DNA of 64,000 nt from Pseudomonadota bacterium (GCA_043825875.1 JBDRRF010000051.1:64001-128000); one strand, 5' to 3'; counted from the stretch's first letter, positions 27,980 to 39,378 are shown. Notes: generated from the sequence alone by a model not told the origin. Numbers and translations are program-made.

Positions 27980-30634
27980 TTATCCAATTGCGCCAATAAC
28001 ATCATAAGCTCCGGCCAGAGCTTCATCCAGTTTTTCCGGAATACTTCCTCCGGCCTGGGCCATATCGGGTCTTCCTCCGCCCCCGCCGCCTACTATCGGT
28101 GAAACCTGTTTTACTATGTTTCCGGCATGATATTTTTTTACAAGATCTTTGGTAACAACAACTATAAGAAATACTTTTGAGTCTGCTGCGCTTCCCAGAA
28201 CTACTATACCGGATTTTATTTTATCCCTGAATTTATCTGCCAAGTCCCTTAAAGCAGCAGGATTTTCTGCGGATACTTTTTTCACAAGAACACTTACCCC
28301 GTTGATTGATTTAATTTCACTATCAATTTCATCAGTTGCATGGGAAGCTATTTTTGCTTTCGTTTTTTCAAGTTCCTTTTCATAGGCTTTTTGCTGGGAT
28401 AGCATTTTTTCTACTTTTTGTGGCAATGCTTCAGGCTTTTCTTTAACAATACGGGCTGTTTCATTCAAAGTCCTAATGCTGTGCTGAACATAAGTTAAAG
28501 CGGCTTCGCCGGTTAAGGCTTCAATACGCCTTACTCCTGATGCAACGCTTGATTCAGCTATAATTTTAAAAAGACCAATATTCCCGGTTTTATCAGTATG
28601 TGTTCCGCCGCAAAGCTCCTTGCTAAATTCTCCAAGAGAAATTACCCTTACAACATCACCGTATTTTTCTTCGAACAGAGCGGTAGCTCCTGTTTTAAAG
28701 GCTTTTTCCGCATCCATCTCTTCTATGCAAGTCAGTGCGTTTTCCCTGATTCTTTCATTTACAAGCATTTCTATTTTATCAAGCGTATCAGAATCAACCT
28801 GTGAAAAATGGGTAAAATCAAAACGAAGTCTTTCGGAAGATACAAATGATCCGGCCTGTTTTACATGATCACCTAAAATCTGTTTTAAAATACTATGCAG
28901 TATATGTGTTGCAGTATGATTAAGCGCTGTAGCATTTCGCCTATTATTATCAACGGTCAGAGTAACGGTTTGGCCTTTTGAAACGCTGCCTGAAAGTATT
29001 TTACCTTTATGAATGATTATTCCCGCGGGGTCTTTTATGGTATCTGCAACTTCAATCTCAAGATTATTTGAGGTTATTAAGCCAGAGTCTCCGGCCTGGC
29101 CGCCCGATTCACCATAAAAAGGAGTTTCTTCGGTAACAATTTCTATGTTTTTGCCGGAAACAGCTTCAGATATTTCCTTTCCATCTTCAACTATTAAAAG
29201 AACTTTGGAATCACATGTTTGCTTATCATAGCCAACAAACTTAGGGATAAGCCGGTTTGCCGAAAGATTTTTATATGCTTGTGTTATCCCGGTAAAACTT
29301 GCAACCGATCTTGACTTTTCCTTCTGGCTATTCATGGCCGCATTAAAACCATCCATATCAAGAAAAAGTTTTTCATCCCTTACAACATCTCTAACTACAT
29401 CTTTTACAATATCAGGTGGAAAACCATAGGTATCATAAAGCTTGAATATGATATCTCCGGAAATAGTATTTAAACCCTTGGCTTTGATTTCCGAAAGTGT
29501 ATCATTTAAAAGTCTTAATCCATTATCAAGTGTTTCCGAAAACCTTGCTTCTTCATTTTTTATAATGTTTGCAATAAATGCCTCTGCTCCACCAAACTCA
29601 GAATAGGCCTCTTTCATATTTTCAATAACAACATTAGAAGTATCATGCAAAAAAGGTTTTACCAGGCCTATGTTACGCCCGTAGCGTATAGCCCTTCTCA
29701 TTATCCTTCGAAGTACATATCCTCTTCCCTCATTAGAAGGAAGAACTCCGTCGCAAATAAGAAAAGCCGTGGCCCGGCTGTGATCGGCAATAACCTTCAT
29801 AGCAACATCCGACGCAGAAGAACTTCCGAACTTTTTTTGTGATAATTCTTCGGTTTTCTTTATGATAGGAAGAATAAGATCCGTGTCATAGTTTGTAGGA
29901 ACATTTTGCACTACTGCTGCAATTCGTTCAAGCCCCATTCCCGTATCAATACTGGGTTTGGGCAAAGGAGTCATTTTTCCGGAAGCATCCCTTTCATACT
30001 GCATGAAAACAAGATTCCATATTTCAAGATAACGATCACATTCACAACCTACTCTGCAATCAGGCTTCCCGCAGCTATATTTTTCCCCCCTGTCAATAAG
30101 TATTTCAGAACATGGACCGCAGGGACCGGTATCTCCCATTGACCAGAAATTGTCTTTATCATCCAATCTTACAATTTTATCTTCCGAAACACCGATATTC
30201 TTATGCCAGATATTATATGCTTCATCATCATCAAGGTAAACAGAAACCCACAGTTTTTCTGCCGGGAGATTATAGCCGTTTATAAGAAGATCCCAGGCTA
30301 ATTCAATAGCCTTTTCTTTAAAATAATCACCAAAGGAAAAATTTCCCAGCATTTCAAAGAAAGTATGATGTCTTGCCGTATAACCTACATTTTCAAGATC
30401 ATTATGCTTTCCGCCGGCACGCACACATTTCTGGGAACTTGCCGCCTTTACGTAGCCTCTTTTCTCTTCTCCAAGAAAAGTCCGTTTAAATGGAACCATT
30501 CCTGCATTTGTAAATAGTAAAGTAGGATCTTCCACCGGAACAAGTGATGAACTTCTTACTATCTGATGATCATGCTTTTTGAAAAACTCCAGAAATTGTC
30601 TGCGAATATCGCTGCCTGTCATTAATAACTCCAT
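27980..30634 (-). CDS. alaS: Alanine-tRNA ligase
   Basis: DPTLLFTNAGM, HHTFFEMLGNFSFGDYFK, HTATH, ELCGGTH, GGGGRPDMAQAG. Confidence 0.99.
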   Translation of the reverse strand: MELLMTGSDIRRQFLEFFKKHDHQIVRSSSLVPVEDPTLLFTNAGMVPFKRTFLGEEKRGYVKAASSQKCVRAGGKHNDLENVGYTARHHTFFEMLGNFSFGDYFKEKAIELAWDLLINGYNLPAEKLWVSVYLDDDEAYNIWHKNIGVSEDKIVRLDDKDNFWSMGDTGPCGPCSEILIDRGEKYSCGKPDCRVGCECDRYLEIWNLVFMQYERDASGKMTPLPKPSIDTGMGLERIAAVVQNVPTNYDTDLILPIIKKTEELSQKKFGSSSASDVAMKVIADHSRATAFLICDGVLPSNEGRGYVLRRIMRRAIRYGRNIGLVKPFLHDTSNVVIENMKEAYSEFGGAEAFIANIIKNEEARFSETLDNGLRLLNDTLSEIKAKGLNTISGDIIFKLYDTYGFPPDIVKDVVRDVVRDEKLFLDMDGFNAAMNSQKEKSRSVASFTGITQAYKNLSANRLIPKFVGYDKQTCDSKVLLIVEDGKEISEAVSGKNIEIVTEETPFYGESGGQAGDSGLITSNNLEIEVADTIKDPAGIIIHKGKILSGSVSKGQTVTLTVDNNRRNATALNHTATHILHSILKQILGDHVKQAGSFVSSERLRFDFTHFSQVDSDTLDKIEMLVNERIRENALTCIEEMDAEKAFKTGATALFEEKYGDVVRVISLGEFSKELCGGTHTDKTGNIGLFKIIAESSVASGVRRIEALTGEAALTYVQHSIRTLNETARIVKEKPEALPQKVEKMLSQQKAYEKELEKTKAKIASHATDEIDSEIKSINGVSVLVKKVSAENPAALRDLADKFRDKIKSGIVVLGSAADSKVFLIVVVTKDLVKKYHAGNIVKQVSPIVGGGGGGRPDMAQAGGSIPEKLDEALAGAYDVIGAIG

Positions 30635-30642
30635 ATAAATAC

Positions 30643-31677
30643 TTACTCTTCCACCTTTACTTCTTCTTTTGCCGGCACAATACCGGCAGCCTCTCTTACC
30701 TTTGCATGCATATTGTTAAAAATATCCGGGTTTTCATTTAAGAATTTTTTTACATTTTCACGGCCCTGCCCTATTCTTTCACCATTATATGAGTACCATG
30801 CACCGCTTTTGTCAACTACTCCCAAATCCACACCAATATCAATGATATCGCCTGTTTTAGATATCCCTTCGTTATACATGATATCAAATTCGGCTTCCCG
30901 AAAAGGCGGAGCCATCTTGTTTTTGACAACACGAACTCTCGTCCTGTTTCCCATAACCTCCTGCCCGTCTTTGATAGATGCAGTTCGACGTATATCAAGC
31001 CTTACGGAAGAATAGAATTTAAGGGCATTTCCTCCTGTGGTTGTTTCAGGATTTCCGAATACAACGCCTATCTTCATCCTTATCTGATTGATAAAAACAA
31101 CGGAAGTCATTGTCTTGCCGATTATTCCGGTCAGCTTTCTCAATGCCTGGGACATGAGTCTTGCCTGAAGCCCCATATGGGAGTCACCCATATCGCCTTC
31201 AATTTCAGCTCTGGGGACTAAAGCTGCAACCGAATCGATTACAATAATATCTATAGCTCCGCTTCTTACCAGCATATCCGCAATTTCAAGGCCCTGCTCA
31301 CCTGTATCAGGTTGGGCTATGAGAAGCTCATCGCAGTTGACTCCTATTACTTTTGCGTAAGCAGTATCAAGGGCATGTTCGGCATCAATATATGCGGCCA
31401 CCCCTCCTTGCTTTTGGGCCTCGGCAACACAACTTAAAGCAAGAGTCGTCTTGCCCGATGATTCCGGACCGAATACTTCTATAACTCTTCCTCTCGGAAG
31501 CCCGCCCACACCAAGCGCTCTATCAAGTGAAAGAGAACCTGTGGGTATTACAGGAATATTAACAACAGGTCTGCTGCCTAGCTTCATGACCGACCCTTTT
31601 CCAAACTGGCGTTCAATCTGCCCTATTGCAGCATCAATCGCTTTTTCCTTATCCATTGCATTGCTTGCATTGCTCAT
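30643..31677 (-). CDS. recA: Recombinase A
   Basis: [23 protein letters not shown]. Confidence 0.99.
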   Translation of the reverse strand: MSNASNAMDKEKAIDAAIGQIERQFGKGSVMKLGSRPVVNIPVIPTGSLSLDRALGVGGLPRGRVIEVFGPESSGKTTLALSCVAEAQKQGGVAAYIDAEHALDTAYAKVIGVNCDELLIAQPDTGEQGLEIADMLVRSGAIDIIVIDSVAALVPRAEIEGDMGDSHMGLQARLMSQALRKLTGIIGKTMTSVVFINQIRMKIGVVFGNPETTTGGNALKFYSSVRLDIRRTASIKDGQEVMGNRTRVRVVKNKMAPPFREAEFDIMYNEGISKTGDIIDIGVDLGVVDKSGAWYSYNGERIGQGRENVKKFLNENPDIFNNMHAKVREAAGIVPAKEEVKVEE

Positions 31678-32258
31678 AATTTTCCCCTTTCAACCAAAGG
31701 CACATTTAAAAGTTCGGTATATACAGCCCCTTCTGGCTTAAGATTGCTATTAAACAGAATAATCTCTTTAGCTGTAAAAACTTCCGGATCAAAGTTTTGA
31801 TATTTTCTTATTGCTTCAATTAACTTCCCGTTGTTAACTTTACCTTTAAAGCGCCCCATTGTCAGATGCGCTTGAAACGGCCTTTCTTCTATTTTAAAAC
31901 CAAATTCCTCTAATCTTTTTTCAAGAGTATTGTGCAAACTTAATAATAGCGGTATTTCGCCTGAGATACCGGCCCAAATTACTCTTGGACGAGTAATTGA
32001 CGGAAATACACCGATTCCTTTTACAGAAAGATTTATATGAGAAAAACTCTTAACACAATCACCCACAGCAACCTTAATATGCTCCACATCGGACTTATCT
32101 ATATTTCCAAAAAAGTGAAGCGTAAGATGAATATTATCAGGTTTAACCCATCTTACAGGAAAACCAAATTGCTTTAAATCTTTCTGAATATTGTTTATGA
32201 AAGATAAAATGTTTTCCGGAAGCTCAAACGCTATAAAAGCTCTTATGGTATCAGGCAT
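31674..32258 (-). CDS. thpR: RNA 2',3'-cyclic phosphodiesterase
   Basis: Two HLT motifs, RAFIA, PRVIW; adjacent to recA. Confidence 0.93.
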   Translation of the reverse strand: MPDTIRAFIAFELPENILSFINNIQKDLKQFGFPVRWVKPDNIHLTLHFFGNIDKSDVEHIKVAVGDCVKSFSHINLSVKGIGVFPSITRPRVIWAGISGEIPLLLSLHNTLEKRLEEFGFKIEERPFQAHLTMGRFKGKVNNGKLIEAIRKYQNFDPEVFTAKEIILFNSNLKPEGAVYTELLNVPLVERGKL

Positions 32259-32303
32259 GGGATTATAAGGAACAAATCTTATCCGTTTATATCCGTCAGA
32301 TTA

Positions 32304-33476
32304 TCAGCTTTCAGGTAAAGTAAACTGCGGTTCACCCAGAAAGAACTTTCCCTTCAGAATCCATTCTTTTAGTATCTCTGTAATTTCTCTGGCCTTAACA
32401 AGGCTTGAAAGCGGAGTTGCAGGAATTTTTTCACTGCCATAATTTATAAACCCGCTTTTTAGCTGTGCATAGCTGACCTGCCCATAGCTTTTTGAAACTC
32501 CGTTCGGGTAATCATTTCCATAATCAACAATCTGAGTAAATATCTCTTCATCACAAATTCCGGTATACGATGCAATCTCTTCATTTAATACAGGAATAGG
32601 AATACCCAAACCTACCGCAAGAGAACATCCATATCCTTGTATGCTTACACCAACAAGCCATTTAGGAGTCATGTTTTTCAAATCACCCATTACCCAAAGT
32701 GTACCGGCGGGAGTAACCGGAACCCCTTTTTCATTTCTACTGGCCGAAGGCTTATGCTGAGTTCCCTGCCAGGTAACATATCCTGTTGCACCACCCAAAA
32801 ATATTCTTGTACCAAGACCTATTGTTTTATAATAAGGGTCATTCATAAGAGGGCTAAGTTCCCCGGCACAACAATAAGTTGCATTTGCACCCCGTGGTTT
32901 TAATGTGCCCATATAAGTATAAATTGTTTTTTTGGTCAAATTGATTGCACAATTATAATTCTGATAACCGTTTCTCGGATTGCAAAGAGTTGCGCTTGGA
33001 AGAGATGCAAGTGAAATTTCTTTTTCAATCAATCGGCCCGGATAGCATGAAGTGCCATATCCTGTAGCTTTTAGAGACACTTTTTTTCCTGCAACCAGAT
33101 CCTGGATAACATGCCCGCCGCCATAATTAAATTCACCTGGATAAACTTTGTTTAAAGGATCATCCTCGCAGGGCTCTGTAGCTCCTATATAACAATCAAC
33201 TGCTGCAATCCCGGCATATGCCGGAACATTGTTTAACCATACTTTTGAAGCTTTTGTTGTCGGTACCGAATGCCCAAAATTTATGAAAGCACCTGAAGAA
33301 CACATGGGAGCAAAAGTTCCGGTAGTAACAACATCCACATGCTTTGCAGCTTTAACCGGCCCATCGTTTTTTACTATATCGATCATTTCCCCGGCCGTAA
33401 CTACAACAACTTTTCCGGATTTAATTTTCTCATTGATCTCTTTATAGGTTTTATTTACCTTATACTCCTTCATCAT
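32304..33476 (-). CDS. DUF39 homocysteine biosynthesis protein (aspartate-semialdehyde sulfurtransferase-like)
   Basis: VDVVTTGTFAPMCSSG, YGGGHVI, NPRNGYQNY, GIPIPVL. Confidence 0.88.
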   Translation of the reverse strand: MMKEYKVNKTYKEINEKIKSGKVVVVTAGEMIDIVKNDGPVKAAKHVDVVTTGTFAPMCSSGAFINFGHSVPTTKASKVWLNNVPAYAGIAAVDCYIGATEPCEDDPLNKVYPGEFNYGGGHVIQDLVAGKKVSLKATGYGTSCYPGRLIEKEISLASLPSATLCNPRNGYQNYNCAINLTKKTIYTYMGTLKPRGANATYCCAGELSPLMNDPYYKTIGLGTRIFLGGATGYVTWQGTQHKPSASRNEKGVPVTPAGTLWVMGDLKNMTPKWLVGVSIQGYGCSLAVGLGIPIPVLNEEIASYTGICDEEIFTQIVDYGNDYPNGVSKSYGQVSYAQLKSGFINYGSEKIPATPLSSLVKAREITEILKEWILKGKFFLGEPQFTLPES

Positions 33477-33484
33477 TCTTTTTC

Positions 33485-34870
33485 CTAATTGGCGCCTATA
33501 ATTGATTTGGCATCTTTAATTTTGCCGGATATGTTATTTTTTATCCAGGAAGCATCAAGCCACTCTATAGGATTTACAAACACATCATGTACAAGCATGC
33601 TGAAATGCAGGTGGTCTCCGCCGGCAAGACCTGTTTTCCCGGAATGTCCGATTGTATAATTTTTTTCTACAATCTGGCCTTCAGTAACATCGGCACTGCT
33701 CAGATGGCCGTACAAACTATAAAGACCGAAACCATGATCAATAAGAATCATTTTCCCGTAAATTCCGAAATCTCCTACATATTTAATCTTGCCTTTATTT
33801 GCCGCAGGAACCGGCGCACGTGAAAGTGAGGCCAGATCAATTCCAAGATGGGTCTGACTATCTATACGCCTGCCTTTATAAATATAATTTCTTTTGTCGG
33901 CATAAGAAGCTTTGTTTGCAGCATTTGGAAAACTTACAAAAGCACCTTTCCAATATATTTCCTTATCAGGATTTTTTATAAGTTCTTTTAATTTGTTATG
34001 GTTTTCAATTCTTAACTCACGGTTTATTTTGATATACTTATCCAAAAGAGGGTTGTCTGAATCCTGATCAAGGGTTACATCAAATTGAGGCACAACCGCA
34101 TTAAGGAATGAATCAGTAATTTGGATTGAATCTTTATTAAATTTTCGCGCCTTGATATTTACATTAAAACCTCTTTTTGCACTGTTTCCTGCCTCATCAA
34201 CTGCTAAAGCGTATATTTCAGTACCAGGCCCTTTGTCATATTCAAGAGCATAAAAACAGATATAAATATCTTTATCCTTAAAAAATCCACTATAACCTGG
34301 AAAGAAACTGCCTCCGGCATAAACCCCGCTTTTTGAGCATGGTTCGGATAATCTGTAAATTTCAACACCTGACCCACCCTGATTTATATATTGCGTTCCA
34401 CCCAAAACATCTATTTCGGGCCGTTTGGTATCAATATTAATTTCTTTTTCAATAACGGTTATATTTCCGTTCCACCATCTGCGCCAGGAATAGTCCCAGG
34501 CACTTGTTCGCATTAAAGCTTTACCGTCTTTAAGTCCAAGCTTTACAGGCTCGATTGTAATACTTACAGTATCTTTATTTTGACCTGCCCCGAAAAAAGA
34601 TGCCCTGGCATATTCTTTTTCAGTTAAAACAGTTTCTTTACCGTCTTTTACAATCTCCATTTTAATTTTACGCAATCCTCTTTTCTGGTCTGAAAAAGAA
34701 ACGGTAATATCTCTTGAAGCACCTAAGGCGGTTATTTGAGCCGGACTATCAAATTTTATTGCCGGGCTTTCACCTTCCATATTGAAAACTAAAACCCACA
34801 TAGCCGGAATTAAAACCAGGCCAAAACAAACTATTAAAATAATTTTTAAATTGATTTTCTTTTTTTTCAA
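33485..34870 (-). CDS. M23 family metallopeptidase
   Basis: HLGID, YGHL, HLHF motifs; N-terminal TM. Confidence 0.92.
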   Translation of the reverse strand: MKKKKINLKIILIVCFGLVLIPAMWVLVFNMEGESPAIKFDSPAQITALGASRDITVSFSDQKRGLRKIKMEIVKDGKETVLTEKEYARASFFGAGQNKDTVSITIEPVKLGLKDGKALMRTSAWDYSWRRWWNGNITVIEKEINIDTKRPEIDVLGGTQYINQGGSGVEIYRLSEPCSKSGVYAGGSFFPGYSGFFKDKDIYICFYALEYDKGPGTEIYALAVDEAGNSAKRGFNVNIKARKFNKDSIQITDSFLNAVVPQFDVTLDQDSDNPLLDKYIKINRELRIENHNKLKELIKNPDKEIYWKGAFVSFPNAANKASYADKRNYIYKGRRIDSQTHLGIDLASLSRAPVPAANKGKIKYVGDFGIYGKMILIDHGFGLYSLYGHLSSADVTEGQIVEKNYTIGHSGKTGLAGGDHLHFSMLVHDVFVNPIEWLDASWIKNNISGKIKDAKSIIGAN

Positions 34871-35008
34871 TTTAGCACACTAACCTTTCTTTGCAGTAAT
34901 ATATTGAAAGATTTTCAATCTATATTTTTCCTGCTTAAACAAGGCCATAAATTAACATGGAATAAATCAATATGCCAGTCTTATTTTGATTGGATTTAAA
35001 CGAAGCCA

Positions 35009-36259
35009 TTAGTGTTTAAAACTTCTTTGGCCCGTATAAACCATGGCAACTCCGGCCTCATTGCATGCATCTATGGACTGATAGTCGTTTTCGGAACCAC
35101 CAGGCTGGATAACGCAGGAAATTCCTTCCCTTAATCCAACATCAACTCCGTCTCTGAAAGGAAAAAAAGCATCACTGACCATAGCGGCTCCTGTCAAACC
35201 GCCTTTTTCATTTGCAACTCTTTGATCAATTTCCGTTTTTTTATCCTTATCATTAAAATCATTATAAGAAACCCCGTATTGTTCAAAGCAATATCTGTCA
35301 GCAAGCTTTCTGTATGCCTTATCTCTTGCAATCTCTGCAACCCCTACCCTATCCTGCTCACCTGTACCTATCCCGACAGTAACTTTGTCTTTTACATAAA
35401 TAACGGAATTTGAAGTAACGCCTGATTCAACCAACCAGCCGAACAGCATATCCTCGTATTCTTTATCGGTAGGCTCCCTGTTGATTTTATAGTTCTGCCC
35501 TTTATAATTACATTCTGCAAGGCGAAGATCTTTTTTTGAACGCGCCTCTGGCACAAAAGACCACTGGGCTACAATACCTCCGTCAATAAGACTTTTAAAT
35601 TCAACAAATCTTTCACCAACAAAATTATGAAGTTTTTCTATATTTCCTATCTTTATTACTCTTAGGTTTTTCTTTTTTGCAAATATATCCATAACACCTT
35701 CTTCAAACTCAGGAGCTACAACTACCTCTGCATATTGCATGCTGATTGCTTCTGCCGTAGAAATATCAACCGGGCGGTTTAAGGCAATGCAACCGCCGAA
35801 AGCCGCGATCCTGTCTGCTATATTTGCTTTTACATATGCATCGACCAATTTATCGGATAAAGCAACACCACATGGATTATTGTGCTTAACTATTACGGCA
35901 GCTGGCTGATCAACAAAATATCTTAAAATATTTAATGCATTGTCGGCATCGGTTAAGTTTGTTTTGCCAGGATGTTTGCCGGATTGAAGAAGTTCGGCAT
36001 CTGAGACAAGATATTTTCCGGAAAGTATTGTAGCGGTTTCTCCCAAAACAAGATTGCCGTTTACAAGTTTGTAAAGAGCAGCCTCCTGGCCCGGATTCTC
36101 ACCATACCTTAAGCCTTTTCTTATATTATCTATAGTCCATGAAACCTTTTCATAAAACAAAGTTTGTCTTTTATCGCCGTCAACAAAGCTTATTTCCATT
36201 GCAGGCGGGAAGTGGTCATCCATTATGGTTTTATACATTTTTTTCAGATCGTCAGTCAT
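35009..36259 (-). CDS. purH: AICAR transformylase-domain protein (C-terminal half of PurH)
   Basis: LRYGENP, VKHNNPCG, SDAFFPFRDG, QPGGS, RSFKH. Confidence 0.88.
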   Translation of the reverse strand: MTDDLKKMYKTIMDDHFPPAMEISFVDGDKRQTLFYEKVSWTIDNIRKGLRYGENPGQEAALYKLVNGNLVLGETATILSGKYLVSDAELLQSGKHPGKTNLTDADNALNILRYFVDQPAAVIVKHNNPCGVALSDKLVDAYVKANIADRIAAFGGCIALNRPVDISTAEAISMQYAEVVVAPEFEEGVMDIFAKKKNLRVIKIGNIEKLHNFVGERFVEFKSLIDGGIVAQWSFVPEARSKKDLRLAECNYKGQNYKINREPTDKEYEDMLFGWLVESGVTSNSVIYVKDKVTVGIGTGEQDRVGVAEIARDKAYRKLADRYCFEQYGVSYNDFNDKDKKTEIDQRVANEKGGLTGAAMVSDAFFPFRDGVDVGLREGISCVIQPGGSENDYQSIDACNEAGVAMVYTGQRSFKH

Positions 36260-36270
36260 TCATACACCCC

Positions 36271-36945
36271 TTACATTTTGTAGCATATAATCATTTCTTC
36301 AAAAGTTTTTCCTGAAAGAAATCCGGCAATTGTTTTGTCATATTCTGCTGTATGAGCAAATGCTTTTTTTGCAAACTCAAAACGGCTTTTTAAGGATATT
36401 GTATTATTGTTTTCTTTCAGTTCGGTTATTATACTCACATAGTCTTTGGGATCAACTACCGAAGCTACTCTAAGATAGTTCTTGGCAGAAGCCCTTATCA
36501 TACAAGGTCCTCCGATATCTATGTTTCCGCGGGCATCTTCTACCGTAACGCCCTGCTTTGATATTGTTTCTTTAAAAGGGTAAAGATTAACTACAACCAT
36601 ATCTATAGGAACGCCGTTTGTTCTTTTAAGATCTGCCTTATGTGCTTCATTATAAGTTTCTGTAAGAATCCCAAGATATATTTTAAAATCCAAAGTCTTG
36701 ACAAGACCACCCTGTGTTTCGGGCTGGCCGGTATAATCGGAAACCTGTGTAAGACATGTTGCTTTATCTCCGAGAATATCTTTGAGCCTTGCAAATGTAC
36801 CCCCGGTAGAAAAAATATTTATTTCAGGATTTATTTCAACAAGCTTTGGAATAAATGTCTCAAGATTATTTTTATCCGAAACACTTACAAGTACATTATT
36901 TATTTTGACCAGGTCATCTATTTTATCTACTTTATTAATACTCAT
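36271..36945 (-). CDS. IMP cyclohydrolase/MGS-like domain protein (N-terminal half of PurH)
   Basis: SVSDK, STGGT, GGLVKTL, VVNLYPF, IDIGGP..RASAKNY. Confidence 0.9.
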   Translation of the reverse strand: MSINKVDKIDDLVKINNVLVSVSDKNNLETFIPKLVEINPEINIFSTGGTFARLKDILGDKATCLTQVSDYTGQPETQGGLVKTLDFKIYLGILTETYNEAHKADLKRTNGVPIDMVVVNLYPFKETISKQGVTVEDARGNIDIGGPCMIRASAKNYLRVASVVDPKDYVSIITELKENNNTISLKSRFEFAKKAFAHTAEYDKTIAGFLSGKTFEEMIICYKM

Positions 36946-36950
36946 AAGAT

Positions 36951-37589
36951 CTACCTCTTTCCATCATATTCTTCTGTAAAACGTTTAAAAAACTCTTCCA
37001 TGAAAGCATGGCGTTCATCTGCGATTTTTTTGCCTTCACGGGTTAATATTCTTTCTTTTATCCTGCAAAGCTTTACTTTATATTCCCTGTAGCCGGTATC
37101 TTCTATTGTATATGGCTTTGTATCCTCAATCTTAATATCCGGATTATAAAGTCTGGCTCCAACTTCTCCTGCAAATAAAAAAGCTCTTGCAACTCCCACA
37201 GCTCCTATTGCATCAATTTTATCAGCATCAAATAACACTTTAGCCTCGGCGGTTTCGGGCATAAAATTTCCCCTGAAGCGATGAGACCTTATACAATGGA
37301 TAATATTTTCTTTGCGGCTTTGTGAAATAGAAAGCTCTTTTATAATCGGCAATGCCATTTGGGCGCCCTTTTCGGCATGGCATACTGCTCCAAAACTTGC
37401 ATCCTGTTCGGATCTTCCTATATCATGTAAAAAAGCTGCGGCTATCAATACTTCCATATCAGCATTTTCAGCAGGCCCGATACGCTCGCACAAACTACAT
37501 ACCCTTAAAGTATGTTCCCAGTCATGGCTTGATTTTGCTCCATTGAAAAGTTTTTCCGCTTCTATTTTTATGTAATTCTTTATATCCAT
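36951..37589 (-). CDS. HD domain phosphohydrolase
   Basis: HDWEH, LHDIGR, DADKIDAIGA. Confidence 0.92.
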   Translation of the reverse strand: MDIKNYIKIEAEKLFNGAKSSHDWEHTLRVCSLCERIGPAENADMEVLIAAAFLHDIGRSEQDASFGAVCHAEKGAQMALPIIKELSISQSRKENIIHCIRSHRFRGNFMPETAEAKVLFDADKIDAIGAVGVARAFLFAGEVGARLYNPDIKIEDTKPYTIEDTGYREYKVKLCRIKERILTREGKKIADERHAFMEEFFKRFTEEYDGKR

Positions 37590-37603
37590 ATTATTTTAGT
37601 TAA

Positions 37604-37695
37604 AAGGGTTCCGGGGTTCAAAGGTTCGAGGGTTCAAGACTTAAATGCAAGTTAATTTTCACTTGAACCCTTGGCCCCTCGAATCCTTGAATCCT
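37604..37695. repeat. 8-mer palindromic element, copy 3
   Basis: GGGTTCCGGGGTTCAAAGGTTCGAGGGTTCAAG ... CTTGAACCCTTGGCCCCTCGAATCCTTGAATCCT. Confidence 0.85.
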
Positions 37696-37726
37696 GCTAT
37701 AGGCTTCAGCCGATAGCTATTTTTAT

Positions 37727-38425
37727 CTATTCAAAACTCATAAGAGCTTCCCAACGTTCTTCTTCCGTTGAAACGGAAAAACCTTTTTCTTTTAAAACAG
37801 ATATCAATTGAGGATTATTAAATCTCAAATATGTATTAGCCTTGAATTCATCTTCAAGAGTTGAGGCAACATGAAGAGGGTTATATTTTTTCAAAAAAAC
37901 ATTGATATCATCATTTTCCGGTTCAATAACTCTTGCAAACTCCATGGCATACTCATAGTAATCATGACCTGCATATATTACAGTATTTTTTGGTAAAGCC
38001 ATTAGCTTTTTTATTGAATTCAAAAATAATAAATTATCTCCTGTAAAGCAATTGCCTATAGTTCCGTTAAACAAGGTGTCACCGGTAACAAGGAAATCAC
38101 CGGCATGAAAAGATACCGAATCATTGGTATGTCCCGGAGTATGGATTACATTTAATTTCTCGTCTTCCAGCTTGATATATCCGTTCTTAATAAGAGTATC
38201 ATTATCAATATACAAAGCACCGGAACGATCAAGAAGTGATCTCAAACCTACGGTATGGTCAGGATGCGCATGAGTATTTACAACAAATTTAAGACATAAT
38301 GCGTTTTGCTCTGCAAACGAAAGTATTGCATCAACAGCGCCTCCGTCTATGGCAACAGCAGTTTTGTTGTTATAAACAAGATAAGCAAGATTGTCGGATG
38401 AAAAGCGGAATTGTTTGATATTCAT
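37727..38425 (-). CDS. Hydroxyacylglutathione hydrolase-like MBL-fold hydrolase
   Basis: THAHPDH, TPGHT, GDTLF, GHDY. Confidence 0.88.
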   Translation of the reverse strand: MNIKQFRFSSDNLAYLVYNNKTAVAIDGGAVDAILSFAEQNALCLKFVVNTHAHPDHTVGLRSLLDRSGALYIDNDTLIKNGYIKLEDEKLNVIHTPGHTNDSVSFHAGDFLVTGDTLFNGTIGNCFTGDNLLFLNSIKKLMALPKNTVIYAGHDYYEYAMEFARVIEPENDDINVFLKKYNPLHVASTLEDEFKANTYLRFNNPQLISVLKEKGFSVSTEEERWEALMSFE

Positions 38426-39378
38426 TTGTTTGAAGCTATTTTTTCTATTACGCCTGCTGCGATAAGCGGCAGCATGATTTCATGATGACCGGTAAGGCTT
38501 ATGCCTTTTCCTCCCTTAGCAGTTGGCCTGTTTACAACATTTGTCATGGGGCGGTATTGTTTTATAAAATCCATATTTACAGTAGTGAAGTTTTCAAGAT
38601 TATGGCCAAGATTGCGAACCAGAGTTGTAGCTTTAAGAAATACTTCAGGCAAAATAACAGAAGATCCTACATTAAGATATACGCCTTCATTAAGTGTCGA
38701 TACAACAGATGCAAAAGTCATAAAATCCCTGTAGGACGCACTCCCCGCTGCACCAGCATCAAAACCGGGATGCATATGAATTATATCCGTGCCTATTGCA
38801 ACATGAACTGTAACCGGAATACCCGATAAAAAACCTGCTGCAAGCAAACTCTTATCTTTAAAAGGAAGATCGTTTTCAACAATAGCTTTACCAACTGCTT
38901 CACCTAAGCCCAGAGACTCTTTTTGCGCCATCTTTATTGCATTGCTTAAAAATTCTCCGGTTTCCTGTGCCATGCCAAAGGAGCCGTCTCCTATTGAAGC
39001 TTCAACATCTTCAGAAGTTCCTCCGTTTAAGGCGATTTCAAAATCATGAATAATACCTGCTCCGTTCATGGCGATAGCATTTACAATTCCTTTTTGAACA
39101 AGATCAATTATTATCGGATTCAAGCCGACCTTGATAACATGAGCACCCATACCCAAAAAAACGGTTTTTTTATTAAGAAAAGCTTTTGCTATTGAAGATA
39201 TAACGGCCTTCAGATCTTGTACTGCAAGTATATCAGGAAGAGTATCTAAAAAAACCTTTAAAGAATCTCCTGTTTGCCAGGTTGATGAAAAATCATTTAC
39301 AGAAACCTTGCTCTTTCTGCCTGATATCGAATAAGTTTTAAGTTTGTCAGTATTTATAGGTTTAAAAGAATGCGCCAT
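38422..39378 (-). CDS. Deoxyhypusine-synthase-like conserved protein
   Basis: GAHVIKVG, NGAGIIHDFE, GSSVILPEVFLK, GHHEIM. Confidence 0.75.
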   Translation of the reverse strand: MAHSFKPINTDKLKTYSISGRKSKVSVNDFSSTWQTGDSLKVFLDTLPDILAVQDLKAVISSIAKAFLNKKTVFLGMGAHVIKVGLNPIIIDLVQKGIVNAIAMNGAGIIHDFEIALNGGTSEDVEASIGDGSFGMAQETGEFLSNAIKMAQKESLGLGEAVGKAIVENDLPFKDKSLLAAGFLSGIPVTVHVAIGTDIIHMHPGFDAGAAGSASYRDFMTFASVVSTLNEGVYLNVGSSVILPEVFLKATTLVRNLGHNLENFTTVNMDFIKQYRPMTNVVNRPTAKGGKGISLTGHHEIMLPLIAAGVIEKIASNK

